Of a DNA stretch of 64,000 nucleotides, positions 38,529-48,326 are shown one piece after another (the first letter of the stretch is position 1; every line of letters starts with the position of its first letter). The notes below the pieces were generated by a model. That model saw nothing but the letters and a program-made list of their open reading frames with translations, ran no database searches and was not told the DNA's origin. Both the position numbers and the translations under genes were made by a program. Source of the stretch: Candidatus Bathyarchaeia archaeon (GTDB taxonomy: Archaea; Thermoproteota; Bathyarchaeia; Bathyarchaeales; Bathycorpusculaceae); the NCBI GenBank assembly GCA_049512935.1, contig JBEKWR010000009.1, forward strand, positions 28,036 to 92,035, given 5' to 3'.

Positions 38529-39566
38529 TTATTGTTTTGTATTCTTGTTTCTTAACGACAATGATTCCAATCTACTTTTGAAAGATGCTACGGATTGGTT
38601 ATCGGCAAGTACGTAGACGAAGTCTCCTTTTTGGAGTTCAAAGTCTGCTGTCATGTTATGAATTGTTTCATTATTTCTGTAAACTAATAATATTGGGTCA
38701 CCTTTATCGATGTCCCCATATTTTAGGCCTTGAGAAGTTATTTCGAATCCAACAACGTATTTAGATTTTAGTTTTTCAGAAAGAACTATGCTTGTCACTT
38801 CATTCGAAATTATCGAAGATGCTAGCATTTGTCCTATCATGTCATAGATGGGGGCCACGGAATCTGCTCCGGCAGCCTTTGCGCTTTCGATTAGTTCCTT
38901 ATCGTTTATTATTGAAACTGCGTGAATGTTTTTGTTAAGTTTTTTTGCGGTTAAGATGGCGAGCATGTTGTCTCCATCGTCATCGAAAGTGGCTATTAAA
39001 TGGGCTGCTCTCTCTACGCCAGCTTTTTTCAGGGTTTCGTAGATATGCGTGGTTGGCCCGCCTACTGCTTCCACCCCGTCTTTTCTGAGCGTTTCAAGTT
39101 GATCATTATCTTTTGCTATAACAACAAATTCTGAACCTATGGACCTTAAGCTTTCAGCTACGTATTTGCCTAAGAATTTGTAGCCGACTACTATTACGTG
39201 ATTCTTCATTCTATTTATCTTCCTTGCCGAGAGAGTTTGTGTGAGTAGTTCTCTTTTCATCGCCACGGTAAACGTTGCTTGAAGAAGAGAAGCTGCTGAC
39301 CCTACGCTAACTATAATGCCTACTATTAGAAGTACCTTTTCAAGAACAGGCATTATGACAATGTTAGGCGCATAGAGCCCAATTGTCGTAATAGTTGAGA
39401 CGGCACCAAGAAGAGCGCTTAAAGGGTCTAGACCCTGATAGCGCATAAAAATCAAGGCTCCCAAAGCAAACATTGATGCTAATAATATAAGCTGAATCCA
39501 AATAGCTTTGACAATGTAAAACGGTGAATATACCACAATATCCAGATAATCTTTAAGTTTTTTCAC
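38529..39566 (-). CDS. Potassium-channel-like protein with TrkA-N/RCK domain
   Basis: TM-pore-TM with TITTIGLY filter-like segment; HVIVVGY RCK domain. Confidence 0.82.
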   Translation of the reverse strand: MKKLKDYLDIVVYSPFYIVKAIWIQLILLASMFALGALIFMRYQGLDPLSALLGAVSTITTIGLYAPNIVIMPVLEKVLLIVGIIVSVGSAASLLQATFTVAMKRELLTQTLSARKINRMKNHVIVVGYKFLGKYVAESLRSIGSEFVVIAKDNDQLETLRKDGVEAVGGPTTHIYETLKKAGVERAAHLIATFDDDGDNMLAILTAKKLNKNIHAVSIINDKELIESAKAAGADSVAPIYDMIGQMLASSIISNEVTSIVLSEKLKSKYVVGFEITSQGLKYGDIDKGDPILLVYRNNETIHNMTADFELQKGDFVYVLADNQSVASFKSRLESLSLRNKNTKQ

Positions 39567-39981
39567 AATATCCGTTTCACAGGCGTATTATTTAGTCCTT
39601 GCGCATCGGCCCAGAGTGAGAAGTTGCAATCTGTTTCCAAAATGATAGAGGATTTGAATTTATGTATCTTTAAACTCGCAGTTGGTCGTTTTCTGGTTTT
39701 GAGATATCAAACAAACACCTGAATTTGCGAGTTGTGTTACAATCGTATCATAAAAGAACATTTCCACAAGTAACGTTGAAAAGACATTTTGACTTTTTGT
39801 CAAAGAACATGATTTGCCGCTGGCAACACAAGGCAAAAGCCAGCTGCTTCTGGAACTTTACTTGTCTTAACTCAAGCTATACTTACGATTTTAAAAGAGT
39901 TAGTTTGGTGAATGTGGCATGGGAGATAAGTATAAGTCTTAAATCTCAATCTGTAAGCATGCCTAGTAGGTAGTACATACA

Positions 39982-40491
39982 ATGCCCAAAACGATTGCGG
40001 TTCTAGAAGTTGATGATCCCCATTTTACAATTAAACTCTCCAACAGTCTGCTCAAAATCGACTTGAAAGGGAGTTTCAAGAATGAACTTGAGGAAGCGAT
40101 AGAAAATAAACCAGGTCTCAAAGAAACGGTCGGCAGGATACTTAGCATATTTGTTCCTTTGCACATTCGCATAAGCGACATACATTCGGTGCATATGGAT
40201 GAGAATGGAAAAATCAATCTACGCCTCTCTCATCAACGGAATGTTGTCATTCCGCTTGAACGCAAAGAAGATGCTGAAAAACTCTTGGAAAAATTAAACG
40301 AGTTGACTTCAAAAGCGTTGGATGAGAAAATCAAAGAAGGTTTTGAGAGAAGGCGAGCCAAAAGAAGGTCAAAAAGGAAATCTAAGGGGGTCTCTCCGAG
40401 TTCTTATGGTACCGTGCCATACTACTTCCCTACCGAACAAGTCGATATTGTTGACAAGTTCAAACGGAAGAGAAAGAAACAGCAAAAGTAG
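39982..40491 (+). CDS. Hypothetical protein with basic C-terminal tail
   Basis: 169-aa ORF with AGGT upstream; PH-like strand/helix pattern (weak). Confidence 0.65.
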   Translation: MPKTIAVLEVDDPHFTIKLSNSLLKIDLKGSFKNELEEAIENKPGLKETVGRILSIFVPLHIRISDIHSVHMDENGKINLRLSHQRNVVIPLERKEDAEKLLEKLNELTSKALDEKIKEGFERRRAKRRSKRKSKGVSPSSYGTVPYYFPTEQVDIVDKFKRKRKKQQK

Positions 40492-40626
40492 ATTGCTTCT
40501 TTGATCCCCCAATTTTGACGCAAAGTTCAGCCAAATTCGTCGTCTGTTTCGAGTTAAGCAATACTTGATTTGTTCTTCCTTTAACATTAGCAACAGTTAT
40601 ATGAAAAGTTCAAGCTTCTCTTCGTT

Positions 40627-40741
40627 ATGTCTGCTCCTAATTGTCCTTGCCCAAAGAAAGATTGCCCTCGCCACGGCCCAACTGCAATTATGCGTAGTTC
40701 AATACAAGGAAAAGAATGAATTGCCGTTCTGCGAGAGGTAA
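40627..40741 (+). pseudogene. Frameshifted paralog of the 37-aa Cys-rich peptide
   Basis: 115 nt versus 114 nt; MSAPNCPCPKKDCPRHG then shifts; the other frame gives ..KEKNELPFCER*. Confidence 0.8.
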
Positions 40742-40746
40742 GATTA

Positions 40747-40992
40747 ATGGTTAAAGATTCAGACCGCGAAGGAAGAAACAGAAGAGAAAAAATACAGACG
40801 AGGTTTTGGAACCAAGTTGGACTGGTCGAACATATTAACCTGCCAAAGCTGGAAGACGCAGTAAGAAAGGAATTCAACACTGCAGATGACAGGTTTATTC
40901 AAGCGCAGGTTCGGCTAATGCAAACCGAGGGAAGGGTACGAGTGGAAAACAAGGTCAAAGTGTGGATTAAACAGCCCGACGCGGCTCATTAG
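40747..40992 (+). CDS. Small winged-helix-like protein
   Basis: 81-aa ORF; partial paralog at ~34902-35012. Confidence 0.7.
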   Translation: MVKDSDREGRNRREKIQTRFWNQVGLVEHINLPKLEDAVRKEFNTADDRFIQAQVRLMQTEGRVRVENKVKVWIKQPDAAH

Positions 40993-41021
40993 GCTGATTG
41001 GCGACGTTACTTGACTTTCCG

Positions 41022-41777
41022 TTATGGCACCTCATGAATCCTTTTCTGCACCGCTTTCCAGGAATTAGTGGTCAAGAAGCTTTCTTCCATGTTGCTCACC
41101 ATGCGCTTAAACTTGCTTATAGGAACTGAAAAACTAAGCGTGTCCGCTGGAACAAAGGGGCGTGCGGAAGGGTCAAACATACCTATGACGGCTCTGGGTC
41201 GGGGAGAATCTTTCTCCAGGTAGGGGTACGAAACAATCGATGAGCAGCCTGAACCGAACGGGGCAAAGACGCCGTTGGCTTGTGTTTCATCAAAGTTTGC
41301 CAGGATGAAAAGACCTGAGAGAACATCGGGCTTGGCGAAGAAAATCACGACTTCAGGCTTATCCGACTCTTCTAGCGTGTCCCATCTCTTGAAAACGATG
41401 AACTTTGCCGGAGCCTTGAACTTGGGCGCAAGCTTGACAGATTCCGCCGCAATCTCAGGTGTCTTCTTGTACCTTTCGCCTTCAAGTTTGCCAGGTATCC
41501 CGCAGGAAAGGAAATACTCGAAGTCGGGCCTTACTGTTTCGCTGAAGCCCAGATACCTCTGCCCGCCGAAGCAGCCGATTGATTCTGCGTCGAAACACAG
41601 AGGTCTGCCTTTTCTCACAAGCGAAAGCGCGGCGATGACACATCTGGGAACCGTGTTGGGCTTCGCAAGTTCCGCGTGCCCTTCTTCAGCAGTGTAATAG
41701 AATGAAATTGGAAGTTCTGCTTCCCCGAAAAACTTTTTCCAGAGAACAAGGAAATCCTCTTTCAACTTAGCATCCAT
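41022..41777 (-). CDS. DUF169 family protein
   Basis: RCVI, GCFGG..YLG, PFGSGCSS, GMFDPSAR. Confidence 0.82.
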   Translation of the reverse strand: MDAKLKEDFLVLWKKFFGEAELPISFYYTAEEGHAELAKPNTVPRCVIAALSLVRKGRPLCFDAESIGCFGGQRYLGFSETVRPDFEYFLSCGIPGKLEGERYKKTPEIAAESVKLAPKFKAPAKFIVFKRWDTLEESDKPEVVIFFAKPDVLSGLFILANFDETQANGVFAPFGSGCSSIVSYPYLEKDSPRPRAVIGMFDPSARPFVPADTLSFSVPISKFKRMVSNMEESFLTTNSWKAVQKRIHEVP

Positions 41778-41956
41778 AAACCATTCGTCCCTTTCGTTAC
41801 CTCAGTAAAAGTTCTGATGGCTAAATAACTTTCTGCATCTATGAATGACATGCGAGGGTTAGCGCGCGAGATTGCTGCAGTTTATATATAGCTCTTTGAC
41901 AACTCTCGGCGACAAACTGAAGCTGAATTAAACCCTGAACCAAAAAAGCAACGCAA

Positions 41957-42152
41957 AACAAGCCCTGATTGTCAGCGAGAGGGGAGGGGGTCTACTATTT
42001 ACATCAAAAAACCAAGGTAAATATGGGTCAACAAAGACGGAGGAGGGGTCTAGCATTTGTGGTCAAATTCCATCACAAATATGAAGCATGTTGACAATTC
42101 CCGACCCTACAGGGTACCCTACTATTAGTGACAAGAAACCAACACAAAAAGC
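41957..42152. repeat. Dispersed ~200-bp repeat, copy A
   Basis: Aligns along its length with the reverse complement of 51877-52078. Confidence 0.9.
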
Positions 42153-42167
42153 GGATGCCTGACGTCC

Positions 42168-42398
42168 TTAGTAGAAGCTGCGTGCTTCTTTGCGTTTTTC
42201 TGCTTCCTCGTAGAAACGCAGAACCTCATCGATTATCTCAACGTTCGAGAGCAGCATGCGCCTGCAGCAGTACCGTTTGATGCCGAGGCTGTCAAGAATG
42301 TCGCTTGCGTTCTCGCCCGTCTTGATCCGCCGAGTAAACTCATCCCACTGGTCGCCGACGAGTTTGCCGCAGGTGAAACACCTAACAGGAATAATCAC
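42168..42398 (-). CDS. rpoN: RNA polymerase subunit N (Rpo10)
   Basis: IIPVRCFTCGK, RYCCRRMLL. Confidence 0.97.
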   Translation of the reverse strand: MIIPVRCFTCGKLVGDQWDEFTRRIKTGENASDILDSLGIKRYCCRRMLLSNVEIIDEVLRFYEEAEKRKEARSFY

Positions 42399-42413
42399 TT
42401 TTTCAACGCCTCC

Positions 42414-42824
42414 CTACCTGTAACTCTTCTGCTCCTTAGACCTGGCGCCAGCGCCACCGACCTTCTTGGTTTCTTTCGCTCGGCTGTCACCCACAATCAT
42501 GGTACGGTCGTACTCGCTGAAAACCGTGCGCAGATGAGTGCTCTTAGTCCACTTCAACAACGCGTTCGCAACCGCCATACGCGCAGCCTCCGCCTGACCC
42601 ATGTACCCTCCGCCGCTGGTCTGAACATCCATGTCCAGCTGCATCCAAACATCTCCGCCTGCCTCCAACAGCGGCTCCATAATCTTCGCCCGTGCAATGT
42701 CGGGTTCGTAAATTTCAACAGGAGTCCTGTTTATCCGCACTTTCCCGTTGCCTTGCTTCACTACAGCGCGGGCAACCGCGGTCTTTCTTTTTCCACTGAC
42801 AACTAAAACTTTCTTTGCCGGCAT
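42414..42824 (-). CDS. rps9: 30S ribosomal protein S9
   Basis: GKRKTAVARA, GGGYMGQAEA, QKSYR. Confidence 0.96.
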   Translation of the reverse strand: MPAKKVLVVSGKRKTAVARAVVKQGNGKVRINRTPVEIYEPDIARAKIMEPLLEAGGDVWMQLDMDVQTSGGGYMGQAEAARMAVANALLKWTKSTHLRTVFSEYDRTMIVGDSRAKETKKVGGAGARSKEQKSYR

Positions 42825-42826
42825 AA

Positions 42827-43282
42827 TTATTCCATCCTGTTTCTCCAACCAATTTCTTTCGCTAATTCGCCTAGTGTGAAATGTGGACCCTTCAGATTGG
42901 CAGATGAGGCCTCTTCGAACGTGATCATTTCGCGGCCTTTAAGCTCAGCAGGTACGCCTATGAACACTTTGAGGCGCTTGTAGGCACTTTTGCCCTTAGG
43001 CTGCTTAAAAGGAACCATACCTCTCACAGTTTTTCGCAGGAAACGGTCTGGCCTTCGGTAATGGAAAGGACCACGTTCTGGCGCGCCTACTTCAAGGAAT
43101 ATGTGGGCTTCCAAAACTTTGCTTTTCTTTTTGCCTGAGAACACGGCTTTTTCAGCGTTAAGAATGATTACTTCTTCCCCGTTTAGCAGCCGCTTGGCAA
43201 CTTTACTGCACATTCTGCCAACTATCAATCCATCAGCGTTAACGAGCGTAACAGAGGGTTTTGTGGTTTGCATGTTTTTCAC
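42827..43282 (-). CDS. rpl13: 50S ribosomal protein L13
   Basis: GRMCSKVAK, NAEKAVFSG, RKTVRGMVP. Confidence 0.96.
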   Translation of the reverse strand: MKNMQTTKPSVTLVNADGLIVGRMCSKVAKRLLNGEEVIILNAEKAVFSGKKKSKVLEAHIFLEVGAPERGPFHYRRPDRFLRKTVRGMVPFKQPKGKSAYKRLKVFIGVPAELKGREMITFEEASSANLKGPHFTLGELAKEIGWRNRME

Positions 43283-43641
43283 CGAATAATCTTGATGTTT
43301 GCACCCTTAGGATTCTTCTCTAAGAGCTCAGGAATCGAAACATACTTAGCCTTTGCAGCAACCAGCTTCGCCTTAGCCTTCTCAGAAACACCAAACGACG
43401 CAACCGTCACGGCGTGACCTATGCTGCCCGACCCCAAGATCTTGCCTGGAACAACAACGGTGTCAGCCCGCTTTGTGTTCCTGTTTATTTTGCTTAAGTT
43501 TACGGAGATGCGTTGGCTACGTGTCTTGGAAAGGTACTCAGCTATGTCTAGCCAGACAGCCGCTTGTTTTTCCCTGCTCTCCTTCTTGAGCAAAGCGATA
43601 AGCTGGATCAATTCAGGGTTAGTGGTTTTTGAATCTTTCAT
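43279..43641 (-). CDS. rpl18e: 50S ribosomal protein L18e
   Basis: TNP, VNLSKINR, VVPGKILGSG. Confidence 0.96.
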   Translation of the reverse strand: MKDSKTTNPELIQLIALLKKESREKQAAVWLDIAEYLSKTRSQRISVNLSKINRNTKRADTVVVPGKILGSGSIGHAVTVASFGVSEKAKAKLVAAKAKYVSIPELLEKNPKGANIKIIR

Positions 43642-44465
43642 TGTGGTTCAGCCTTTAACAATTCTTCAAACTCATTCAACTGCTTTCCTAACGTCTTAGT
43701 GGCTTCCTGAAGAATACGTTCAGGAGGAAGCGCACCTGTTGACTCAATGTTCATGATAAAAGCGTTCTTCTCCCACTCGATCTTGAGAGGCGAAGGCTTC
43801 TGCGGGCAAGCCTCAACACAGTCCATGCAAAGGTTGCACGCCAAGAGGTCTCGCACATCGACCTTTTCGTCTTTAATGGTTAACACTTTCTTGGGGCAGA
43901 TGTCGACGCATCTTGAGCAATCCTCACATTTCTCTGTTGGAAGAGTAATCTTCGGGTAATACTTGTAAGCGCACATCGAAACAGGCTGCCACTTCGCGTG
44001 GACCTTGCCCCTGCCCAAACGAGCGTAGGCTTCAAGTTTCAGCTTCTGGTTCTTGGCAAGCTTAATTATCGGAATTTTATCTGACACTGGCACAATCTCA
44101 GGGTTTTCAGACACGATTTCCCCCGAGTAAACCGTTCGTGTCCCTTCCTTTGCCTCAGCGTCCAACGTGAGCGTTACTCTGCACTGCGGACAGCCGAATT
44201 CGCTTTTGCACTCGCACTCTTCAGGAAGGTTATAAGCGTCCAAGTCAGTTTTCAGCGGCGTAAGACCCAGCCTGTGAGCGATTATTTCATCCTGCAGAAT
44301 TGAACTGTTCTCAATCATCACGACTTCTTCGATTGCCATGGTCGGCACCTCAGCAAGTGCTATGCGACGCAGAGCATTCATTAACGGAACATCCGCATTC
44401 CTGATGACTATGCGAAGGTTGGTATCGTTTTTTTCAAGGATTTCCATTTTCACTCGCTGAGACAC
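43638..44465 (-). CDS. rpoD: RNA polymerase subunit D (Rpo3) with 2x[4Fe-4S] ferredoxin insert
   Basis: NALRR, DEIIAHRLGL, HAKWQP; CEDCSRCVDICP and CNLCMDCVEACP. Confidence 0.96.
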   Translation of the reverse strand: MSQRVKMEILEKNDTNLRIVIRNADVPLMNALRRIALAEVPTMAIEEVVMIENSSILQDEIIAHRLGLTPLKTDLDAYNLPEECECKSEFGCPQCRVTLTLDAEAKEGTRTVYSGEIVSENPEIVPVSDKIPIIKLAKNQKLKLEAYARLGRGKVHAKWQPVSMCAYKYYPKITLPTEKCEDCSRCVDICPKKVLTIKDEKVDVRDLLACNLCMDCVEACPQKPSPLKIEWEKNAFIMNIESTGALPPERILQEATKTLGKQLNEFEELLKAEPQ

Positions 44466-44556
44466 TCCAATAAAGTTACTGTAACAGGTGTTGCGTTCAA
44501 TAGAGATATAGGTGCATTATTTCAATTTTTCTGTTAATAAAGAGGGTAACTTGAGT

Positions 44557-44961
44557 TTAGACCCTTCTTCCTCTTCTGCCACCTGGCCTTCTTGTGCCGT
44601 CATGCGGAATTGGCGTAACCTCTTCAATGCGTTCAATACGGAACCCGAACCTTGCCAGCGCACGTATAGCAGCCTGTGCGCCTGGACCTGGAGTTCTTGG
44701 TCCGCTGCCGCCTGGCGCTCGAACCTTGATGTGGATGGCAGTAATTCCTTTGTCGCGGGCTACTTCCGCCGCGCCCGTGGCTGCACGCATTGCCGCGTAT
44801 GGTGACGATTCCATGCGGTCTGCTTTGACGAACATGCCGCCGCTCGTTCGGGCGATTGTTTCTGCGCCTGAAATGTCAGTGATGTGGATTAACGTGTTGT
44901 TGTAGGAACTGAAGATGTGGACGATTGCCCACTTTTCGTTTCGTTTGCTGTTGGCGCTCAG
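44557..44961 (-). CDS. rps11: 30S ribosomal protein S11 (CTG start overlapping the rps4 stop)
   Basis: [17 protein letters not shown] upstream of the ORF-track start; [19 protein letters not shown]. Confidence 0.95.
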   Translation of the reverse strand: MSANSKRNEKWAIVHIFSSYNNTLIHITDISGAETIARTSGGMFVKADRMESSPYAAMRAATGAAEVARDKGITAIHIKVRAPGGSGPRTPGPGAQAAIRALARFGFRIERIEEVTPIPHDGTRRPGGRRGRRV

Positions 44962-45548
44962 AATCCGCCGCCTCCTCTTCCGCCCCTTCTGCCTCGGGTA
45001 GGCTGCCTAATCTCAGGCTGTTTAGCCACGACTGATAAGCCGACGCGTAAGGGGTGGGCTTGGTTTGCAACGGCGCTTTCCGGCGAATAAACGACTTTGG
45101 GTTCGTCAAGCTTCGCAACCATGTATCCTGGGACTGTGATTCGTCGGTTGTCAATGGTTATGTGCCCGTGCGTGATTAGTTGGCGAGATTGGAAAATTGT
45201 TCTTGCCAAGCCTTTGCGGAAAACGATGGTTTGAAGCCTACGTTCCAGAATGTCCTCAATAGTTAAGTCTAAAACGTTGTCTAACACCGCTGTTTCCGGT
45301 AAAATCCCGACTTTCTTAAGTTTTGTCAGCTGCTCATTTTCCATTTTTGCTCGTTCTTCAGGAGTTTTGCTGATGAGTGAACGGGCGATGCCTCTGGTCT
45401 TTGAAAGGATTGTTTTGTGTCGCCAGAGTTCATGCTTGTTCCGCAGACCATACTGACCTAAAAGTTTGAGTTCTTCTTGAAGGATGTCCTTGCGCCAACG
45501 GAACCTTGGCGTATCAAACTTTTTACGTTGCTTCTTTGGATCACCCAT
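44958..45548 (-). CDS. rps4: 30S ribosomal protein S4
   Basis: [27 protein letters not shown]. Confidence 0.96.
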   Translation of the reverse strand: MGDPKKQRKKFDTPRFRWRKDILQEELKLLGQYGLRNKHELWRHKTILSKTRGIARSLISKTPEERAKMENEQLTKLKKVGILPETAVLDNVLDLTIEDILERRLQTIVFRKGLARTIFQSRQLITHGHITIDNRRITVPGYMVAKLDEPKVVYSPESAVANQAHPLRVGLSVVAKQPEIRQPTRGRRGGRGGGGF

Positions 45549-45550
45549 CT

Positions 45551-46042
45551 TTATTTGCCTCCTTCGGCAGGTGCTGCTCCGCCAGGTTTCTGCAAGAGGG
45601 TTTTCTTCTTGACACCCAAAGCTTTGCCTGCTCTTCCAGTGGTTTTCGTGTGTTGACCACGGACTTTGAGGCTGTAAGCATGTCGGTATCCACGCCAAGA
45701 TCTGATGTTTTTGGCGTCGTCAATATCCATCTTTGTTCTCAAAACTAAATCAGCGCTCAAAAGATGCATGTCCTTACCCGTATCCGAGTCTTTTCGCCTG
45801 TTAAAAAGCCAGGTTGGCAAGTTATATTTTGCTGGCTCCCGAATAACATTCTCGATTTTTGAAATGTCTGACTCTGTAAGGAAGCCTACTCGCAGGTCAG
45901 GGTTCACTTCTGCCTTCTTCAAAACCGCGTTCGAAAGGCTCAGGCTTACACCCTTTATTTGCGCTATTGCGTAAGAAGTCTTAAGCGTGCCTGGAACGTC
46001 TGTACCCATGATACGCAGTATATGACGATATTCCTGTGACAT
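45551..46042 (-). CDS. rps13: 30S ribosomal protein S13
   Basis: NRRKD, WRGYRH, KVRGQHTKTTGR. Confidence 0.96.
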   Translation of the reverse strand: MSQEYRHILRIMGTDVPGTLKTSYAIAQIKGVSLSLSNAVLKKAEVNPDLRVGFLTESDISKIENVIREPAKYNLPTWLFNRRKDSDTGKDMHLLSADLVLRTKMDIDDAKNIRSWRGYRHAYSLKVRGQHTKTTGRAGKALGVKKKTLLQKPGGAAPAEGGK

Positions 46043-46501
46043 ACTAAATTTTCATCCGTTTTTTAAATTTGAAGCATATACGAAATGAGTCAGTATTTAT
46101 TTAAACCTTCCCTAGTCATAGAGTTCATTGCAATTTGAGTAGGCACCATCCTCCGAAACCCAAAAGCGTTCACAAATTCAATTTTTCTCACTGGAGACCT
46201 CTGTTTGATTCGAATAAGCGGTCTGACCGATGGGCTCTTCTTAGTCGCTTCCGAAACAACGAAAGCCCAGGTTTAAGCGAGTTTACCAGCAAGATTGACG
46301 AAGTTCCCCTCAGCACCGCTCACAGCTCAAGCTCAGTTAACCTGTCAAAGTGTACCGTCAAACCGTGGAGTCAATTGAACCCTCTTGACCCGCGTGGCAC
46401 ACACAAACCTGGGCAAATACTCAATCAGAATCCAACGCAGAATTGCTGTCGTAAGCGAAACCTAAATACTAGTCGAATTGAGCTATAAGGGCAAGAGCAT
46501 A

Positions 46502-46756
46502 ATGAACGCGATAACAATAATCGGTTTAACCGCCGCAGCCTTTACCACAATCTCGCTTCTTCCCCAGTTGATGAAGGTGTGGAAAACCAAATCAACCAAA
46601 GACATCTCGACAGGAATGTTCACGCTCTATTGTTGCGGCGTGTTTTTATGGTTTGTTTACGGAGTCTACATCAACGATTTACCCATCATACTCGCAAATT
46701 CTTTAGCTTTCATCCAAGCGCTTGCAATCCTCATGTTCAAAGCAAAGTACAAATGA
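46502..46756 (+). CDS. SemiSWEET / PQ-loop transporter
   Basis: TTISLLPQ, TKDIS, WFVYG, ILANS. Confidence 0.9.
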   Translation: MNAITIIGLTAAAFTTISLLPQLMKVWKTKSTKDISTGMFTLYCCGVFLWFVYGVYINDLPIILANSLAFIQALAILMFKAKYK

Positions 46757-46759
46757 ACT

Positions 46760-47485
46760 TTACCATTTAAGAAACAAATCAGCTTTGACGTCTACAAATG
46801 AATCTATTTCTCTTGCTATGCAAGGGTTCGGGCATTTCAAGCCGTAACGGTTCAGCCAAACAGCCTTCATTCCCACGTTGACCGCGGGCAAAACATCATG
46901 GCTCCACGAGTCGCCGACATAAACAGCTTCAGAGGCTTTAACATCAGCCCGTTTAAGAGCTACCTCAAAAATCTCTTTACACGGCTTCTTGCACCCAACG
47001 GCTTCGGAAATTACAATAAAATCAAGCGGCTCAGCAACTTGGCATACGCGCAATTTCTCGATTTGCGGACCCAACAGACCGTTAGATACAACGCCTATAA
47101 CAGCACTCTTCTTAAGCGTAGTCAAGAGTTCTCTGCTGCCTGGAACAGCCCGCCGATTCTTCACGTACTCTGTAGTGTACACGCTCGCAACGGCTTTTGA
47201 TTCCGCCAAATCAGGGATCAAACCATGCAACGCGCAAAGCTTTCCTATGCGCTGCGTCGTTCCGTCAACGATAGATACTTTTCCATCTAAAACCCTGTCA
47301 TAATCAGCGCTTAACAGTGTCTCATGTTCTTTTTCAAGCTCTCCAAGAGAAACCGCGTTTAGCTCAGAAAACTTTTCTTGAAGCGCAGCTAAGCCTTTCA
47401 GGCGACTGAATTTGTGGTCAAACAGGGTATCGTCCAGATCGAAAAGAACCGCCCTCATGCGTCTGTTGTCTACCCAAAAATTCAT
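46760..47485 (-). CDS. HAD-superfamily hydrolase
   Basis: FDLDDTL, SNG, KP, VGDS..D. Confidence 0.9.
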   Translation of the reverse strand: MNFWVDNRRMRAVLFDLDDTLFDHKFSRLKGLAALQEKFSELNAVSLGELEKEHETLLSADYDRVLDGKVSIVDGTTQRIGKLCALHGLIPDLAESKAVASVYTTEYVKNRRAVPGSRELLTTLKKSAVIGVVSNGLLGPQIEKLRVCQVAEPLDFIVISEAVGCKKPCKEIFEVALKRADVKASEAVYVGDSWSHDVLPAVNVGMKAVWLNRYGLKCPNPCIAREIDSFVDVKADLFLKW

Positions 47486-47736
47486 CCAAATCCTCTGCTT
47501 GCGATAGCTTGTTTAACCGTGGTTGTAATACCCTTCTTGAAATCCTCGAGAAATTCGCTCACTTCCTCTGCGTCCTTCTTGGACATGCCTTGTGCCATTA
47601 ACTGCTTTTCAAACATGTGCCTTGCCTTTCGTACTTTCCAGCCTAGCGTGAAGTACGTCCATGAGAGGCTAATGGACAAGCGCGCTAGGTGGGGTGTTGA
47701 TTTCAAAGTTGCCGTGACCAATTCAGCGTCGCTCAT
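47482..47736 (-). CDS. Small hypothetical protein
   Basis: 84-aa ORF with AGGTGA RBS; coupled to the HAD gene. Confidence 0.7.
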   Translation of the reverse strand: MSDAELVTATLKSTPHLARLSISLSWTYFTLGWKVRKARHMFEKQLMAQGMSKKDAEEVSEFLEDFKKGITTTVKQAIASRGFG

Positions 47737-47766
47737 TCACGTTCACCTACAATAGAAAAAGAGGAG

Positions 47767-48087
47767 CTACTCTTCTTCCTCTTCGGAATGCATGTGCTTT
47801 CCCCAGCCGCCTTTGCCGCCGCCGAATCTGAGCATAGAGCCAAAGTTCGTGAATGTCTGCATGTACTCCTGTGTCAGCTTTACAGCTACGTCTTCGGGCA
47901 ACCCGCCTGCTTTCAGTTCTTTGTAGTAGGCTGCGGCTGCCTTGCCCATGTTGCGTCCTGCTTCTTCAGAGAACACCGTGTTCACTATGCTTTTTATCAT
48001 CGCTGGGACCTCGGTTGAGACGACGCTGAGTAGCTCTTTGATGTTTTCAGGGTCCATTTTTTTGTCTTTTCTTTCTTGTTGAGACAT
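47767..48087 (-). CDS. Hypothetical helical protein
   Basis: 106-aa ORF with YYKELKAGGLPEDVA motif. Confidence 0.75.
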   Translation of the reverse strand: MSQQERKDKKMDPENIKELLSVVSTEVPAMIKSIVNTVFSEEAGRNMGKAAAAYYKELKAGGLPEDVAVKLTQEYMQTFTNFGSMLRFGGGKGGWGKHMHSEEEEE

Positions 48088-48114
48088 GTTTTGCGCCTTG
48101 AAACAGTAATAGAG

Positions 48115-48152
48115 TGGTCACTGAAGTTAGGTGTTCTGTACAAAAGTGACCA
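48115..48152. promoter_or_regulatory. TGGTCACT-N22-AGTGACCA element, copy 1
   Basis: Same length, arms and TTCTGYACAAA core as 48883-48920. Confidence 0.65.
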
Positions 48153-48326
48153 GCCAACTGGTCAACTATTTAAGGTGAATTAGCTGGAGGGCTACCTTTA
48201 GGTTCCAAGTGCTAGTATGACCACCAAAAATAAAAACCCAAGTAGCTTGCTTTTTTGCAGCCTGTTTCGGTCAAAGAAAAAAGTTAGAGTTTGAGAAAAG
48301 GGCTGAGAGAATAAAGAAAAATTATG

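Noticed and set aside
41957-42152. CRISPR array or ORB replication origin
   Set aside because: Only two units whose 'spacers' are related hairpins; no cas or cdc6 gene and no TCCA-N-TGGA ORB core
43638-44465. Fe-S insert in RpoD as a novelty
   Set aside because: Ferredoxin-like domains in archaeal Rpo3 are already described
46135-46488. 117-aa ORF
   Set aside because: No motifs or RBS; the region is better explained as intergenic or structured RNA
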